From positions 67,828-131,827 of the forward strand of contig CAZTIW010000007.1 of the NCBI GenBank assembly GCA_964613915.1: a stretch of 64,000 nt of DNA. Direction: 5' to 3'. Both the position numbers and the translations under genes were made by a program. The notes beneath the pieces are model-generated. The model saw only the letters and a list, made by a program, of their open reading frames with translations. It searched no databases and was not told where the DNA came from. Source of the DNA: an uncultured Thermoanaerobaculia bacterium (GTDB lineage: Bacteria; Acidobacteriota; JBCCFW01). Shown here in pieces: positions 62,201 to 64,000 of the stretch. Every line of letters starts with the position of its first letter. Position 1 is the first letter of the stretch.

Positions 62201-64000
62201 GATCGAGTGGTCCTCGCCGGGCGCCACCACGTCGCCCACGCCCATCGTGCTGCAGCTGACCGACGACGACGGCGATGGCGTCATCACGCGGTGCGACATT
62301 CCCGATGTCGTCATCGGCCACTGGGCGAACAACCTGATCCGCGCGTTCTCGGGCGCGAACGGCGCGTTGCTCTGGGAGGTGGGCGTCGCTCCATGCATCC
62401 GATTCAACGCGTTCGGCGCGTTCGCGGGCGGCGACATGGACGGCGACGGCCGCAACGAGATCGTGTTCGGGGATCTCGACGAGTACCTCTGCGCGCTCCG
62501 CGACGACGGGTCGCTCTTCTGGAAGACGGCCGCGCCCGTCCGCTCGGGCGGCGCGGGCGCCGTGCCGCACCTCTTCGACCTCGACGGCGACGGCACCGTG
62601 GAGGTCGTCAGCGGACACACGCTGATCGATGGGCGCGACGGCTCGGTCAAGTGGGAGAACGCCGGCACGCTGAGCTCGCGCACGCTCGTGGCCGATCTCG
62701 ATCTGGACGGATCGCTCGAGATCATCGCGGGCCGATCGACCTGGCGCGCGGACGGGAGCGCGTTCGGCGCGACGTTCGAGGACATGTCGCTGGCGGGCGC
62801 CGCGGCGAACATGGACGACGATCGCTACCCGGAGATCCTGTCGCTGGGATCCGGCGCGACGCGCGGCGTCGTCACGGTGTTCGAGCACGACGGCTCGATC
62901 AAGTGGCAGCGCGCGGATCTGCCGGCCACGGGTGGAACGCATGGGCCGCCGTGCGTCGGCGACTTCGACCGTGACGGCAGGGCCGAGATCGCGATGCCGC
63001 GCGGCACGGTCTTCATCGTGCTGGATGACGACTCGACCGAGCTCTGGAGCGCGCCCATCCTGGACGCCTCGGGCGCCTCGGGGTGCTCGGTCTTCGACTT
63101 CGACTTCGACGGCGTGCCGGAGATCGTCTATCGCGACGAGAGCTTCGTCACCGTGTACGACGGCCTGTCGGGTCAGGTCCTGTGGCAGCAAGCGGCCAGT
63201 TCGGGCACGGGATACGAGTACCCGCAGGTCGTGGACGTGGACGGCGACGGGCTGGCGGAGATCCTCGTGACGGGGAGCGTGCCGGGGCGCGTCGGGCAGC
63301 TGCATGCCTTCGGTCACTCCGGTTTCCCGAGCGGGCGGGGCGTGTGGAACCAGGAGGACTACTCCGTCACGCACGTCGAGGACGACGGCTCCATCACGCC
63401 GGCGCCCCTTCCACGCTGGCTGACGGGCAACGACTTTCGCGGTCAGAGCAGCGTCTGCCCGTGCGATGGGCCGGCCCCGGCGTTCACGTTCCGGTCGGAC
63501 TGCGATGCGACGACGTGCTTCACCGCGCTGGTCGCGGGCGGCAGGCTCCCGCTGCGCGTGGAGTGGGATTTCGGCGACGGGTCGCCGCTCGTCACGGGTC
63601 CCACGCCGTGCCACGTCTACGCCGGTCCGGGCAACTACCCGGTGATCCTGCGCGTTCACGACGCCAACACGTGCGTGGTCGAGACCGGCCAGATCGTGCG
63701 CATCGGCGATCCGCTGGACGCGAGCCTGGTGGCGAGCCCCGCGTGCGCGGGCGCCGACTCGTGCTTCACGGCCACGGTGACGGGCGGCGTCGGGCCGCAT
63801 GACGTGACGTGGGACTTCGGCGACGGTTCGCCGCAGGCCACGGGCCTCTCGACGTGCCATGCGTTCGCCGGGGGGAGCTTTCTGGTGACGCTGCTCGTTC
63901 GCGACGCCCGCGGCTGTCTCGCCGATGCCTCCGTCCTGGTGGACGCATGGGATCCCGCGTCCATCCCGGAGATCAGCCCGCGGGGGTCGGCGCAACCGCT
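59253..64000 (+). CDS. Very large secreted thermolysin/fungalysin-like metalloprotease with FN3-like, repeated beta-sandwich, FG-GAP propeller and PKD domains (3'-truncated; absent from ORF track)
   Basis: Read by eye in frame from ATG 59253. Signal peptide, propeptide (ARAFLSENADLLGI), QHEWGH at 60531-60545, GEAVAD, HCEGEI, eight DxDGDG-type FG-GAP motifs and two WDFGDG PKD motifs. Frame verified at 60531, 61506, 62280 and 63552; the ORF track lists no ORF ending in this frame. Confidence 0.88.
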   Translation, partial: MRCRALRPLRAFSPCAAAVLLLLCSAAAPRAGAASGGPAPGPAPSVRDASAVHARLGPAWSLDPDPATGRPRRLAGGAIPWFSTSGGDARRPTDADILARARAFLSENADLLGIVDTPRPAEPAVVRADGGQLAFVHFEIAPGGVPVEGSRVTLVLSRGNLIYAHLVGTEPVAASPDADISDVDAIAIAIEAAAMPRGTLARAPDASTVFLREGGSHRLAWIVTLTAAAGPRRMVVRLDARDGRVLSVLDETVSACDPVPGGGAERRVLGGVRPTSPADAERPELLPHASVGTAVADVAGLFAPPPGSPQGRLDGPVVRVECVGCSLPVSPLAPLDARGDADFGSGGRDATGNGMATPADRASYFHAEAARRLASRYLDLPWFADPLVVRTNVDSACNAYWDGSTLTFFRSSARCGNTGEIRDVIQHEWGHGLDSRDGLPPPPLSVDGATGEAVADIVTILRSRDACIGEGFFVSVSDWPSAACSGVRDLDELAAGHDFGSPATLSTSNVASKCPASAYYRGPLGREGHCEGEILGQAFWHLARNLLDGVAYASGTPLPGGALPEEEAWQLLERLFFASRPIMASYAPSTMQSIGPSAHDAFLLADDTGDGLANGTPHAAMIHEAFAHHGIAETPLAGPTSPPCVAPADPLVTTSSPTDPSSGLPAVLVAWTDTGAATYEVLRADDAGDAFLPIAAPLPAGARSFLDRGVLPGRAYGYRVVASSAAGCRSPGATPVTGSAGPLLRLAAVVLDDSLLGNGDGLLEEGEQADIRFDLGNDGSGPASDLAVTLASTDPLVQVTVAGPISYGTIASGATVAGPSAFRLSALAGAPRHARLVVSGEAREGCLRAQHLLELAVVDLALASHRVEDGLGGDGDGAWEPGETVDLAVSLRDLGLKDATSVAGTLAFRAPVPGVTLVRTGATWPVIASGATAESMAPHFALRADAALGPRTPVPLRLDVTVQGRAHRSFNLDLTVGGMPQATIEWSSPGATTSPTPIVLQLTDDDGDGVITRCDIPDVVIGHWANNLIRAFSGANGALLWEVGVAPCIRFNAFGAFAGGDMDGDGRNEIVFGDLDEYLCALRDDGSLFWKTAAPVRSGGAGAVPHLFDLDGDGTVEVVSGHTLIDGRDGSVKWENAGTLSSRTLVADLDLDGSLEIIAGRSTWRADGSAFGATFEDMSLAGAAANMDDDRYPEILSLGSGATRGVVTVFEHDGSIKWQRADLPATGGTHGPPCVGDFDRDGRAEIAMPRGTVFIVLDDDSTELWSAPILDASGASGCSVFDFDFDGVPEIVYRDESFVTVYDGLSGQVLWQQAASSGTGYEYPQVVDVDGDGLAEILVTGSVPGRVGQLHAFGHSGFPSGRGVWNQEDYSVTHVEDDGSITPAPLPRWLTGNDFRGQSSVCPCDGPAPAFTFRSDCDATTCFTALVAGGRLPLRVEWDFGDGSPLVTGPTPCHVYAGPGNYPVILRVHDANTCVVETGQIVRIGDPLDASLVASPACAGADSCFTATVTGGVGPHDVTWDFGDGSPQATGLSTCHAFAGGSFLVTLLVRDARGCLADASVLVDAWDPASIPEISPRGSAQP

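Noticed and set aside
61233-63995. 920-aa minus-strand ORF at the window end
   Set aside because: Shadow of the real plus-strand protease/adhesin starting at 59253.

Overview
High-GC (roughly 70-75%, by eye) bacterial chromosome segment with about 52 protein-coding genes. No tRNA, rRNA, CRISPR array, IS element or prophage gene was recognisable. The gene repertoire would fit Acidobacteriota or Myxococcota, but that assignment is inference. Contents in order: (1) a chemosensory-like cluster (HD-GYP, receiver, Ca-binding lipoprotein, 2 CheW, PilX-like protein, sensor-less MCP, CheA-CheY hybrid, receiver); (2) gltX, a small basic protein, fabI, an FHA-GAF-adenylate cyclase, a GspG-like lipoprotein and an Hfq-like gene; (3) mrfA/mrfB-like DNA repair genes with DUF488 behind a triple GAAN-N7 repeat resembling a LexA box; (4) an M61 peptidase and a motif-degenerate PilB/GspE; (5) the yceD-rpmF-plsX-fabH-fabD-fabG-acpP-fabF operon; (6) an M23 peptidase, aroD-aroE fusion, priA and three pilin-like genes; (7) radical SAM plus epimerase; (8) a redoxin plus a heme c/copper monooxygenase/TPR lipoprotein pair, the best candidate for an uncharacterised system; (9) metH, an S1 paralog, an 8 EF-hand protein, a GrpB-methyltransferase fusion, a second FabH, htpX-degP, SRAP and Rieske/cytochrome b-c; (10) a >1580 aa secreted metalloprotease/adhesin that runs off the window end and is missing from the supplied ORF track. 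Many starts were re-assigned by eye using start/stop overlaps and promoter spacing. All family assignments come from motif recognition, not database searches.
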